Of a stretch of 64,000 bases of DNA, positions 18,819-28,646 are shown one piece after another (the first letter of the stretch is position 1; each line of letters starts with the position of its first letter). The stretch comes from Alphaproteobacteria bacterium (GTDB lineage Bacteria > Pseudomonadota > Alphaproteobacteria > Micavibrionales > Micavibrionaceae): assembly GCA_002401695.1 (NCBI GenBank), contig NVTV01000001.1:615604-679603 (forward strand). The letters are read 5' to 3'. The notes beneath the pieces are model-generated. The model saw only the letters and a program-made list of their open reading frames with translations, was not told the origin of the DNA and made no database searches. Made by a program: the position numbers and the translations under genes.

Positions 18819-20509
18819 GAATTTTTCTCCTGATCCGCGCCGATGAAAACCTGCCCCTTGAAATGGGTGCGGTGCATGTAATCGCCAAAGCGTTCATTAT
18901 CGTTACTTTTATCCGTGAACTCTGCGAATAAATTATCCAGTGTTTCTAAAATCTCTGCTTCGTCGACCTCTTCTTTATAGACTTGGTTCAGACGCTCGCC
19001 TTCATAATCACCGCCCAAACGCAGCGCATATTTTCCGGCGGCCTTACCAACAAAGCCAATCTCCGCCAAATACGGACGACCACAGCCATTCGGACATCCG
19101 GTCATACGGATCGTAATCGGTGTGTCCTTTAATCCATGCTTATCCTGCAAGCCGTCTATCTTGGTTATAAGATCAGGCAGATAACGTTGCCCCTCCGCCA
19201 GAGCCAACGGACAGGTTGGCATCGCAACACAGGCAATCGCCTCTTTACGGGATTTGGAATATTGATCATGGGCAATACCGTGCTTTAACAACAGCGCATC
19301 AATCGCCGCTTTGTTTTTCGCATCAACATAACTCAACATCAAATTCTGATTACCCGTGAAACGCACGCCGCATTTTTCCGTTTCTGTAATCTCGCGCATG
19401 GCAGATTTAATGTTGTAACCATTCACATCATTCACCACACCATTCTCAACAAAGATGCCGTAATGCCATTTGCCTTGATAATCCTCAACCCAGCCAAACG
19501 CATCACCGCGATAGCTAAATTCATAAGGCTTGGCCTCATCCAGTTTATAATCACAACGCTTTTCGATTTCTTCCTTAAACCATTCAACGCCCAAACGATC
19601 GACAGTATATTTAAGACGCGATAATTTGCGATCTTCACGGTTACCATGATCACGCTGAATTGCGACAATCTGCCACAACGTATCCAATGTTTTATTTTTC
19701 GGAATAAAACCAATCACATCACCACGGCGCGGATATGTCGCGCTATTTCCATGGGTCGCCCCAAGGCCACCACCAATCGCAATGTTAAAGCCGAGAAATT
19801 CATCCCCCTCACCAATTGCAATCAAGCCAATATCATTTGCAAACACATCATTTTCATTATGCGGCGGCAACGCAATGGCGATTTTAAATTTCCGCGGCAA
19901 ATAACGTTCCTGATACAGCGGGTCTTCCTCGGCAGGTGCGCCCTCTGCCAGTTTTTTACCATCCAGCCAAATTTCACGAAATGCACCCGTCTTTGGCAAA
20001 AGATGAAGGCTGATTTTATCTGCGAATTCAAATACTTCCTCATGATATGGCGCCAGCGCAGGGTTCGCGCCACACATAACATTCCGGTTCACATCCCCGC
20101 ACGCGGCAATACTATCCAGCCCCAAAGCATCGAAATCCTTCATTGTCGGCTTCATCCGCGCCTTGACAATACCGTGGAACTGAATGGTCTGACGCGTTGT
20201 AATCTTGATAATACCACTGGCATTTTCATCACAGCTATCCTGTAACTTAAGCCATTGATTAGCCGTGATATCGCCGCCCGATATCCGCAAGCGGATCATA
20301 TAAGAATATGCCCATTCCAGCTTTTTACGCTCGCGCTCTGCCCGACGATCACGATCATCTTGCTGATACGATCCATGGAATTTCACCAATTGCTGCTCTA
20401 CCTCATCAAGGCCGCCTGTAATTTGATTGGCAAGACCATCGGCCAGTGTTCCTCGCAGACCACGGCTTCCTGTTTTCATACCTTCATTGGCTGATAATTT
20501 CTCACTCAT
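18815..20509 (-). CDS. cysI: assimilatory sulfite reductase hemoprotein subunit
   Basis: Siroheme/4Fe-4S ligand motifs ([21 protein letters not shown]) and overall CysI-like length and sequence. Confidence 0.9.
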   Translation of the reverse strand: MSEKLSANEGMKTGSRGLRGTLADGLANQITGGLDEVEQQLVKFHGSYQQDDRDRRAERERKKLEWAYSYMIRLRISGGDITANQWLKLQDSCDENASGIIKITTRQTIQFHGIVKARMKPTMKDFDALGLDSIAACGDVNRNVMCGANPALAPYHEEVFEFADKISLHLLPKTGAFREIWLDGKKLAEGAPAEEDPLYQERYLPRKFKIAIALPPHNENDVFANDIGLIAIGEGDEFLGFNIAIGGGLGATHGNSATYPRRGDVIGFIPKNKTLDTLWQIVAIQRDHGNREDRKLSRLKYTVDRLGVEWFKEEIEKRCDYKLDEAKPYEFSYRGDAFGWVEDYQGKWHYGIFVENGVVNDVNGYNIKSAMREITETEKCGVRFTGNQNLMLSYVDAKNKAAIDALLLKHGIAHDQYSKSRKEAIACVAMPTCPLALAEGQRYLPDLITKIDGLQDKHGLKDTPITIRMTGCPNGCGRPYLAEIGFVGKAAGKYALRLGGDYEGERLNQVYKEEVDEAEILETLDNLFAEFTDKSNDNERFGDYMHRTHFKGQVFIGADQEKNS

Positions 20510-20523
20510 GATTATATCCTTAA

Positions 20524-22008
20524 TTAATAAACGTCTTTTAAGTAACGGCCTTGTTCTTCCAAGTCCGCAAGATAGTCTTCGGCATTTTCCGCGCTCAGAG
20601 ATTTTTTCTCCGCAATGATTTTAATCAGTGTTTGTTCCACGTCCTTGCTCATCGGGTCTTTTGCGCCACAGACATAAATCACCGCGCCGCTATCCAACCA
20701 ACCCATCAACTCGTCCGCATTTTCCTCTAAACGGTTCTGCACATAGATTTTTTGTTCCTGATCACGGGAGAATGCCAAGTCAAGACGGGTCAATGTTTCT
20801 ATGGCCAAATGTTCCTGCCACTCTGCCTGATAAAGGAAATCACAATGCGCATGTTGATCGCCAAAAATCAGCCAATTACGGCCATATGCTCCACGCTCCG
20901 AACGCTCGTAAACGAAGGAACGGAACGGCGCAACGCCTGTTCCCGGCCCAATCATAATTGCATCTTGCTCATCCGCGGGTAGGTTGAATAATTGGTTCTG
21001 GCTGATGTAGAATTCAATCTCATCATCTTCTTTAATCTGTGACAAAAAGCCAGAGGCAAGACCGTGCCCGATGCTGCCATCTTCTTTTTGATAGCTGGTA
21101 AGAGACACAGTTAAATGCACTTCACCTTCATGCAAAGATGGAGAAGAGGCGATCGAATAGAGGCGCGGTGTCACATCATCCCCCGCCACATCGGCAGGTA
21201 AAATAATACCAACCGCATCACCCGGCGTATAGATAACATCATCCTCATAAGCAATTTCAATATGGTAGGTTTCTTTCTTTGAACCACGGTCATTCAAATT
21301 CACGATATCGGTGATCTTGCCTTTAATCGGCTCTAACCGCGTATAGCCTTTTCCTGTACGCACTTCCGGTACAGCATCAAACGTCATCACAGAGGGTTGT
21401 TGCGCGCCCGTATCACCGACAAGCTTATTCAGCGCGCCAACCGTTTCCTCAATCCACGGTGCAGTATGCGATGCATAATCCACATCCAGCAACTTAATAT
21501 CCTGAAAAGCCTTGCCGCCCAGACGGCTCAACTCTTTATCCAGCGTAACAATCGCGCCGCAGAATATCTCGTAACTGCTATCCCCCAACCCTAGAGCTGC
21601 ATAAGATAAATTCTCCAACAAACCATCGGGGGCGTCCTCCATAAGGCCAAAAAACTTCTCGGCAGTTTCCGGCGGCGTACCTTCCCCATGCGTACTCACC
21701 AAGAAAATCGCAAACTCATCCTTTTTGAGATCCTCGGGCTTTAAACGGTTAACGGCAGTCGCCTTCGTTTTAAACCCCGCCCCCTTCAATGCCTTCATAA
21801 CGCCCAAAGACAGCGCCTTTGAATTGCCTGTCTCGGTTGCGTAATAGACAGTCACCTTGGGTTTATTCGCCGATGCACCACCCACATTACCAACAGAAGA
21901 ATCCCCACCAGCAAGGCCTTGAAGATACCCCGCCAACCATAAAGTCTGGTCACGGGTCACACTGCTAAGCAGCGTATCCAGTATTTTTTTCTGATCCGGA
22001 TTAAGCAT
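20524..22008 (-). CDS. cysJ: sulfite reductase flavoprotein subunit (short form)
   Basis: Flavodoxin motif VYYATETGNSK, FAD motif RLYSIASS, NADPH motif GPGTGVAPFR. At 494 aa it is shorter than the roughly 600-aa E. coli CysJ. Confidence 0.85.
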   Translation of the reverse strand: MLNPDQKKILDTLLSSVTRDQTLWLAGYLQGLAGGDSSVGNVGGASANKPKVTVYYATETGNSKALSLGVMKALKGAGFKTKATAVNRLKPEDLKKDEFAIFLVSTHGEGTPPETAEKFFGLMEDAPDGLLENLSYAALGLGDSSYEIFCGAIVTLDKELSRLGGKAFQDIKLLDVDYASHTAPWIEETVGALNKLVGDTGAQQPSVMTFDAVPEVRTGKGYTRLEPIKGKITDIVNLNDRGSKKETYHIEIAYEDDVIYTPGDAVGIILPADVAGDDVTPRLYSIASSPSLHEGEVHLTVSLTSYQKEDGSIGHGLASGFLSQIKEDDEIEFYISQNQLFNLPADEQDAIMIGPGTGVAPFRSFVYERSERGAYGRNWLIFGDQHAHCDFLYQAEWQEHLAIETLTRLDLAFSRDQEQKIYVQNRLEENADELMGWLDSGAVIYVCGAKDPMSKDVEQTLIKIIAEKKSLSAENAEDYLADLEEQGRYLKDVY

Positions 22009-22771
22009 TTAAATTCTCTTTTCCCTGTATAGCCGAAGCACGAACGAGTTTCCCGTCCACCAAATGAAGTCCGCATTCCTGCGCATTATCCTGTTCCCAC
22101 CACCAGCGTCCTGACCTTGGATACTCACCTGCCTGCACAGCGCGCGTACATGGCGCACAGCCAATCGATGGAAAGCCCTGATCATGCAGAACATTATATG
22201 GCACATCATGTTCTTTAATGAAGTCTTTGATATCACTTTCAGAAACATCGATCAGCGGATAAATTTTAATAATATTTCGCCCTGTATCCAGCTCAGCAAC
22301 CGGCAGATCGCCACGATTGTCCGAATGCTCACGACGCAGGCCACTGACCCATATTTTAACACCGTCCAACGCCCGCCCCAGCGGTTCCACCTTGCGCACA
22401 TGGCAACAAGCATGGCGTTTATCAACAGATTCGAAAAAACCATTAACACCCTGATTTTTCACTAAACTCTGCGCGTCCACAGTATCAGGATAAAACGTAT
22501 CGATATTGATATTCGCATAAGCCTCTCTGGTTTTTTGAGAAACCTCATGTGTTTGTTCAAACAAACGCCCTGTATCAATAGTAAAAAGGCGAATAGGCAC
22601 ATCATGCTCCGCAATCACATGTGTCATCGCCTGATCCTCTACACCGAAACTAGTAGAAAACGCCATCACATGATCGCTATAGTCTTTAAGGCGCACCAAA
22701 CGCTGTTCCCATGACAAGGGCGTAAGGTCATTCAGTATTTTGCCCAGCAAAGCTTCATCAGACATAGGCAA
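22001..22771 (-). CDS. cysH: adenylyl-sulfate (APS) reductase, thioredoxin-dependent type
   Basis: C-terminal ECGLH motif plus the Fe-S Cys pairs HACCHVRK and GCAPCT, the CC...CxxC signature of bacterial APS reductases. Confidence 0.88.
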   Translation of the reverse strand: MPMSDEALLGKILNDLTPLSWEQRLVRLKDYSDHVMAFSTSFGVEDQAMTHVIAEHDVPIRLFTIDTGRLFEQTHEVSQKTREAYANINIDTFYPDTVDAQSLVKNQGVNGFFESVDKRHACCHVRKVEPLGRALDGVKIWVSGLRREHSDNRGDLPVAELDTGRNIIKIYPLIDVSESDIKDFIKEHDVPYNVLHDQGFPSIGCAPCTRAVQAGEYPRSGRWWWEQDNAQECGLHLVDGKLVRASAIQGKENLNA

Positions 22772-24206
22772 CCTCCTTCACGGGAAGGTCAGTGAAATAA
22801 TTCCCTGATGTTTCAGGGGCTTCTTTCCATGCATGCTGTTCATGCCACCGCACAACATTGCCGATAATCATCAAACAAGGCGAGGCAAATTTATGCTCCG
22901 CATATAGGCCTTCAAACGTTTCAAGCGTCGCGGGGTAATCCTTATGATGGGTGGTTGTTCCCTGCTCCACCACCAATAACGGTGTCGTCGCATCAAAGCC
23001 CAGTTCAATTAATTTATGGCACAATAAAACGTAGTTATTACTGCTCATATAAAGGGCGAGAGTCTCACCCTTCGCATGGCGCAAGCCTTCCCAGAACGCT
23101 TCATCGCCAAGCTGATCCTTGTAAATAGAGAGAAAACGCACCGAAGACGCGCCGCCCCTCTCCGTCAAAGGAATGCCAGCATAAGCCGCGCAACCATTCG
23201 CCGCACTTATTCCCGGCACGATTTGATACGGCACGCCCATTTTACGCGCAACGGCTATTTCCTCCGCACCATGCGCATAAATACCGGGGTCGCCGCCCTT
23301 CAAACGCACAACAATACGGTTTTTGCGTAAGTGATGCGCTATAATCTCATCAATCTCGTCTTGTTTCTTATGATGATGATGACGCGTTTTACCAACGGCA
23401 ATCTTATGCGCATCTTTGCGCGCGTAATTATCCATCAACCCTTGCGGGATCAGGCGATCATATAAAATAACATCCGCCTGCCCCAAAATACGCACAGCCT
23501 TTATGGTCACCAGATCAGGATTACCCGGCCCCGCACCAATCAAATAAAGCGCGGCGTTCCCCTCGTTCGGATATTCATTTAATGCCTTATCAAAGGACGC
23601 ATGTGCGCGCTCCATATTGCCTTCAAGAATATCTTCGGCAACGTGGCCACGAATGATTTGCTCATAAAACATACGGCGCGGCTGTAGCTTGGATAATTGC
23701 TGACGCATCGCGACTTTTTTAGTTTGTAAAAACCCGATAACCTGTTCAAAACGTGCAGGAATCAGCGTTTCAATCGTTTGTTTAATCAGCCTCGCCAAAA
23801 CCGGTGAAATCCCCGAAGAAGATATCGCAATTTGCAACGGCCCACGACGCACAAGCGCCGGAAATATGAAATCACATAAAGCGGGGTTATCAACAACATT
23901 AACCAAAACCCTGCGCGCGCGACAATCTGCGGCAATCCGCGCATTCACACCATTATCATCCGTTGCGGCAACCACAACCTGCCGATCATCCAGCATACCC
24001 GGCGCGTATTCTTCTTCCCTATATGAGAAACCATGTTTTCCACAAAGGATTACCAGCTCTTCACTCAATGTTTTTGCTATTACCTCTACTTTGGCATTAA
24101 CACTGGCGAGAGCTTCTGTTTTTGCGCATGCAATGGCGCCCCCTCCAATCACTAAGATAGGGGTTTTCGTGTCAGCTTTTAAAAACAAAGGTAAATACGT
24201 CATCAT
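22758..24206 (-). CDS. cysG: siroheme synthase (multifunctional CysG)
   Basis: N-terminal Rossmann motif VIGGGAIA, and a C-terminal SUMT domain with LYLIGAGPGNPDL and GGDPGIY. Confidence 0.9.
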   Translation of the reverse strand: MMTYLPLFLKADTKTPILVIGGGAIACAKTEALASVNAKVEVIAKTLSEELVILCGKHGFSYREEEYAPGMLDDRQVVVAATDDNGVNARIAADCRARRVLVNVVDNPALCDFIFPALVRRGPLQIAISSSGISPVLARLIKQTIETLIPARFEQVIGFLQTKKVAMRQQLSKLQPRRMFYEQIIRGHVAEDILEGNMERAHASFDKALNEYPNEGNAALYLIGAGPGNPDLVTIKAVRILGQADVILYDRLIPQGLMDNYARKDAHKIAVGKTRHHHHKKQDEIDEIIAHHLRKNRIVVRLKGGDPGIYAHGAEEIAVARKMGVPYQIVPGISAANGCAAYAGIPLTERGGASSVRFLSIYKDQLGDEAFWEGLRHAKGETLALYMSSNNYVLLCHKLIELGFDATTPLLVVEQGTTTHHKDYPATLETFEGLYAEHKFASPCLMIIGNVVRWHEQHAWKEAPETSGNYFTDLPVKEVAYV

Positions 24207-24268
24207 GGAGTTACTATAAATTTACATTTTTTATTTGTAAATACATTTCTTTTCTGTATTATTCATTT

Positions 24269-24709
24269 ATGAACTTTTTACCAAACAAAGTGCACATGGG
24301 TTTAAACGCCGCTTTATTCGTTGCCTACCACGGCAGCAAGGAAGAACCTGTGTCCGGCGCCGCTATTGCACAGTATTACGGCCTAGGCAGCAGAACCCTA
24401 GAACCTGTCCTTCAAGTTTTGGGCAATGCAGGATTTTTACAAAGCATCCGTGGTCAAGGCGGCGGATATTATATAGAGTCTCCGGACAAGGTTAATATTA
24501 AGGATATCGCCGAATGCTTCATTCACAAATTACTTCCCGAGTGCAGCGCATTTTCCGAGTTTTCCCCTGTATTGAAACAGTTCTTTAAAGAGAGCTACCA
24601 ATGTTTTTGGGATAAATTATCGGAGGTCACAATTCAGGACTTATGTAATGCTTCTGAAAAAGAAGGCCTCCCCAGACTTGGAAGCGACATTCTTACTTTT
24701 GAAATTTAA
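24269..24709 (+). CDS. Rrf2-family transcriptional regulator
   Basis: A winged-helix region ending in RGQGGGY, typical of Rrf2/IscR/CymR proteins. Divergent from the cys operon and upstream of cysK. Confidence 0.72.
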   Translation: MNFLPNKVHMGLNAALFVAYHGSKEEPVSGAAIAQYYGLGSRTLEPVLQVLGNAGFLQSIRGQGGGYYIESPDKVNIKDIAECFIHKLLPECSAFSEFSPVLKQFFKESYQCFWDKLSEVTIQDLCNASEKEGLPRLGSDILTFEI

Positions 24710-24747
24710 ATTATATCAGTTACCACATTACGAAAGGATCAGAGACC

Positions 24748-25698
24748 ATGCCTACATTTCGCAAAAAAATTTATAACTCGATTACCGAGACCATTGGATC
24801 AACGCCGCTGGTACGTCTGCACAACATCGAAAGACTTCATAATGTTGAAGCAAACTTGCTGGCCAAATTAGAATTCTTTAATCCGCTCGCCTCCGTAAAA
24901 GACAGAATTGGCGTTGCCATGATTGAAGCCGCCGAAAAAGCCGGAGAGATCACACCGGGGAAAACCACTCTGGTTGAGGCGACATCAGGCAACACAGGCA
25001 TTGCGCTGGCCTACACCGCCGCCGCAAAAGGATATCGCCTTATCCTGACAATGCCTGAAAGTATGTCGATTGAGCGCAGAAAAATGCTGAGCTTTTTGGG
25101 CGCGGAACTGGAACTGACACCGGCGCCAAAAGGCATGAACGGCGCAATTGATCGCGCCAAAGAAATTGTCGAAACCACGCCAGACACTTACATGATTAAG
25201 CAATTTGATAACCCCGCCAACCCTGACATTCACGCACGTACAACCGCACTGGAAATTTGGGAAGATACAGACGGAAAAGCCGATGTGCTTATCTCCGGTG
25301 TTGGAACAGGCGGCACACTAACAGGAACCAGCCGCGTCCTAAAAGAAAAAAACCCTGACTTTAAAGTCGTCGCTGTTGAGCCGGAAGAAAGTCCGATTTT
25401 ATCCGGCGGAAACCCTGCGCCACATAAGATACAAGGGATCGGCGCAGGCTTTGTGCCATCCGTTTTAGAAACCGATTATATAGATGACATTGTAAAAGTT
25501 TCAAGCAACACCGCCATTGAAACCACGCGCGAACTTGCACGTACAGAAGGCATTCCCACAGGAATATCATCAGGCGCAGCCCTAGCCGCGGCGCTGGATG
25601 TGGCAAAGCGTCCTGAATATAAGGGCAAGAATATCGTCATCATATTCCCTGATTTTGCGGAGCGTTATCTCTCGACTGTTCTGTTTGACACCGAATAG
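24748..25698 (+). CDS. cysK: cysteine synthase A (O-acetylserine sulfhydrylase)
   Basis: PLP lysine motif NPLASVKDRIG, TSGNTGIALA and GVGTGGTLTG. Confidence 0.92.
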   Translation: MPTFRKKIYNSITETIGSTPLVRLHNIERLHNVEANLLAKLEFFNPLASVKDRIGVAMIEAAEKAGEITPGKTTLVEATSGNTGIALAYTAAAKGYRLILTMPESMSIERRKMLSFLGAELELTPAPKGMNGAIDRAKEIVETTPDTYMIKQFDNPANPDIHARTTALEIWEDTDGKADVLISGVGTGGTLTGTSRVLKEKNPDFKVVAVEPEESPILSGGNPAPHKIQGIGAGFVPSVLETDYIDDIVKVSSNTAIETTRELARTEGIPTGISSGAALAAALDVAKRPEYKGKNIVIIFPDFAERYLSTVLFDTE

Positions 25699-25722
25699 AA
25701 AAAATATTTTCAGGGTTGGCCG

Positions 25723-27183
25723 TTAACGTTTCATTGCGCCCAAAATACCGCGCATAATTTCACGGCCAACCTGACGCCCAACCTGCCTGACAAAAGATTT
25801 AATAAAAGCCTCCGTCGTTGATTGGCGTGAGGAACGCTTCCTTTTCTTCTTCGTCGGTTTTTTTTGGGAATCCTCGGCCTTTTTAGTCACCTTCTCCGCA
25901 CGTTCTTTTAAGATTTCGTACGCAGATTGACGGTCAATCGCCGTTCCGTATTTCTTATCAAACCTACTTTGCTCGATAATTTCTTGACGCCGCGCTTTTG
26001 AAACAGGCCCCAACTTTGAATAAGGCGGACGAATAAGTGTCCGTTGCACGATGCTTGGCTGCCCCTTCTTTTCAAGTGTGGAGACCAGTGCCTCACCAAT
26101 TCCAAGTTCAGTTATCGCCGTTTCGACTTTAAAATCAGGGTTCTCACGATATGTCTGCGCGGCAAGCTTTATAGATTTGCGTTGCTTGGCCGTGAAAGAA
26201 CGTAATGCGTGCTGTATACGATTTCCAAGCTGTCCCAAAACAGCCTCCGGAATATCCGCAGGGTTTTGCGTTACAAAATAAATACCAACCCCTTTCGAGC
26301 GAATAAGTTTCACAACTTGCTCGATTTTTTCCAATAAAGGTTTCGAAGCATTGTTAAATAACAAATGTGCTTCATCAAAAAAGAACACAAATTTAGGCTT
26401 CTCAGAATCGCCAACCTCCGGCAACTCCTCAAACAACTCGGACAACAACCACAGCAAGAACGTCGCATAAAGGCGCGGTGTCTGCATCAAGCGGCTTGCA
26501 CTCAAGATATTAATTTGCCCCCTGCCATGACTATCAATTTGTAAAAAATCATACAGATCCAGCGCAGGTTCACCAAAGAACTCGCCGCCGCCCTGAGATT
26601 CTAATTGCAATAAACGCCGCTGGATTGCCCCGACACTAGCCTTGCTGATATTGCCGTATTCCAATGAAAAGTCACTGGATTTTTCCCCGACAAAAACCAA
26701 CAAACTGCGCAGATCCTTAAGGTCAAGCAAGAGCAAGCCTTCCTCATCTGCAATACGGAAAGCTATATTCAAAACGCCCTCTTGCGTATCGTTAAGCTCA
26801 AGAATACGTGACAGCAAGATAGGCCCCATCTCAGAAACCGTTGTTCTCAAGGGGTGGCCTTGCTCACCAAATAAATCCCAGAAGGTCACAGGAAAGGATT
26901 CCGCAATATACTCCTCTGAAAACCCTATAGTTTCCGCGCGCGCCACAAGAAAATCCTGCATTTCGGATTTCTCCGCCATGCCTGACAGGTCGCCCTTAAC
27001 ATCAGACATAAAAACAGGCACACCCGCCTTGGAGAACCCCTCGGCCATGCCTTGAAGCGTAACCGTCTTCCCCGTCCCCGTCGCACCGGCAATTAACCCA
27101 TGACGGTTAGCATACTTAAGGTTTAATACTTCTTTGCGATCAGTATCACCTGATCTTGAGCCTAAATAGAGTTCTAAAGCCAT
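25723..27183 (-). CDS. HerA-like / DUF853 family ATPase
   Basis: Walker A GATGTGKT, Walker [12 protein letters not shown], and a basic C-terminal tail. The start is ambiguous between 27183 and 27201. Confidence 0.8.
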   Translation of the reverse strand: MALELYLGSRSGDTDRKEVLNLKYANRHGLIAGATGTGKTVTLQGMAEGFSKAGVPVFMSDVKGDLSGMAEKSEMQDFLVARAETIGFSEEYIAESFPVTFWDLFGEQGHPLRTTVSEMGPILLSRILELNDTQEGVLNIAFRIADEEGLLLLDLKDLRSLLVFVGEKSSDFSLEYGNISKASVGAIQRRLLQLESQGGGEFFGEPALDLYDFLQIDSHGRGQINILSASRLMQTPRLYATFLLWLLSELFEELPEVGDSEKPKFVFFFDEAHLLFNNASKPLLEKIEQVVKLIRSKGVGIYFVTQNPADIPEAVLGQLGNRIQHALRSFTAKQRKSIKLAAQTYRENPDFKVETAITELGIGEALVSTLEKKGQPSIVQRTLIRPPYSKLGPVSKARRQEIIEQSRFDKKYGTAIDRQSAYEILKERAEKVTKKAEDSQKKPTKKKRKRSSRQSTTEAFIKSFVRQVGRQVGREIMRGILGAMKR

Positions 27184-27252
27184 ATTTTCCATTCCTATCA
27201 CAAAATATTTGTGATTATATGCATATATATTCCATCAAAAAAGGAGAAAATT

Positions 27253-27684
27253 ATGTATATCAAAGATGTCATGTCTACAGAGTACCAATGGATCGCCCCG
27301 GAGGCTACAATCTGTGAGGCTGCAAGGCTTATGAAAGATCAAGATATCGGCTTTCTACCAATTGGTGAGAATGATCGCTTGATCGGCACTGTTACAGACA
27401 GAGATATAACTTTGCGCGCCGTGGCAGATAATTTAAATACCTCCACACAAGTCAGAGACATCATGACACCACAGCTTATGTATTGTTATGACGATCAAAG
27501 TGTTGATGAAATTTGCCAAAACATGGCTGAAATAAAAGTGCGCCGTCTGCCGGTCGTAAACCGTGATAAACGCCTTGTAGGTACTGTTTCCCTTGGTGAC
27601 TTGGCGCAAGCCCAGACACAACAAAGCGGTGAAGCTCTGCAATCTATCACAAACTGTGATAATGCCGTTTCACAAGCAGCCTAA
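27253..27684 (+). CDS. CBS-domain pair protein
   Basis: Two CBS repeats (VKDVMS...GFLPI, VRDIMT...RRLPVV). ATG 27253 follows AAGGAG at 27241-27246. Confidence 0.85.
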   Translation: MYIKDVMSTEYQWIAPEATICEAARLMKDQDIGFLPIGENDRLIGTVTDRDITLRAVADNLNTSTQVRDIMTPQLMYCYDDQSVDEICQNMAEIKVRRLPVVNRDKRLVGTVSLGDLAQAQTQQSGEALQSITNCDNAVSQAA

Positions 27685-27708
27685 ATCTTAAGCAAAGGAA
27701 TATTTATC

Positions 27709-28476
27709 GTGAGATTATCTGTCGTTACAGGGTTTGTTGTGTGTGTGCTTGTCTTCTCATATGAGGCACAAGCAGGCAGTTGGTGGGATAAGGCAAAAGC
27801 CGCCTTAAACTCCAACATGGGCAAAAGCATTACACAATCTCTGGAAGACGGAGCCAACGCAAACAATAAGTTGAGCAGTAATAAAATTGCTCAAGGCTTG
27901 CGTGAAGCACTAGAAATTGGAACCAAAAAGGTCGTCGGTCAACTCGGCGTCCAAAATGGCTTTAACCTTGATCCCAAAATTCATATTCCCTTGCCTAAAA
28001 CTCTCGCTCGCGTTGATAGTGCCCTATCTGCTATCGGAATGAATGGCCTGACAGATGATCTGGAGTTACGCATTAACCGCGCAGCAGAAATTGCAACACC
28101 GAAAGCTAAGGCTCTGTTTATCACCGCGATAAAACAAATGACCATCAAAGATGCTAGACAAATTTTAAGTGGCCCCCAAGATGCGGCAACACAATATCTA
28201 AGACGCACAATGGGCGCAGGACTGGAAAAAGAAATGCAGCCGCTTGTCCAACAAGCTCTGGCAAGTGCCGGCGCATTTAAGGCCTATGACAGCGTTATAG
28301 GGCGATACGACCAGATACCCTTTATGCCTGATATCAAAGCCGACATAAATAACTACGTTATTGAAAAAGCAATGGACGGGATTTTCTATTATGTCGGGCA
28401 GGAAGAAACCGCAATACGCACAAATCCGGCAAAGCGCACAACAGAGCTTTTAAAAGCCGTCTTTTCTTCGCAATAG
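27709..28476 (+). CDS. DUF4197 domain protein, secreted
   Basis: GTG start and signal peptide (RLSVVTGFVVCVLVFSYEAQA). The body matches the DUF4197 pattern (GLREALEIGTKKVVGQLG...IPLP). Confidence 0.68.
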   Translation: MRLSVVTGFVVCVLVFSYEAQAGSWWDKAKAALNSNMGKSITQSLEDGANANNKLSSNKIAQGLREALEIGTKKVVGQLGVQNGFNLDPKIHIPLPKTLARVDSALSAIGMNGLTDDLELRINRAAEIATPKAKALFITAIKQMTIKDARQILSGPQDAATQYLRRTMGAGLEKEMQPLVQQALASAGAFKAYDSVIGRYDQIPFMPDIKADINNYVIEKAMDGIFYYVGQEETAIRTNPAKRTTELLKAVFSSQ

Positions 28477-28478
28477 AA

Positions 28479-28646
28479 TTAACGAACGTCTTCAGGCTCG
28501 CTCACATCATCATCATCCATAAGGATGCGCTGCGCTGCGCCCTCAAGATCATCATATTGACCGGATTTAAGACTCCAGGCAAAGGCAGCAAGCCCTAACA
28601 ACCCAAGTAACAATGCGATAGGTATCAAATAGATCAGAATATTCAT
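28479..28646 (-). CDS. ccoS: cbb3 oxidase maturation protein CcoS/FixS (55 aa)
   Basis: Hand-translated and below the ORF-track size cut-off: MNILIYLIPIALLLGLLGLAAFAWSLKSGQYDDLEGAAQRILMDDDDVSEPEDVR. The ATG overlaps the ccoI stop as ATGA (28643..28646). Confidence 0.8.
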   Translation of the reverse strand: MNILIYLIPIALLLGLLGLAAFAWSLKSGQYDDLEGAAQRILMDDDDVSEPEDVR

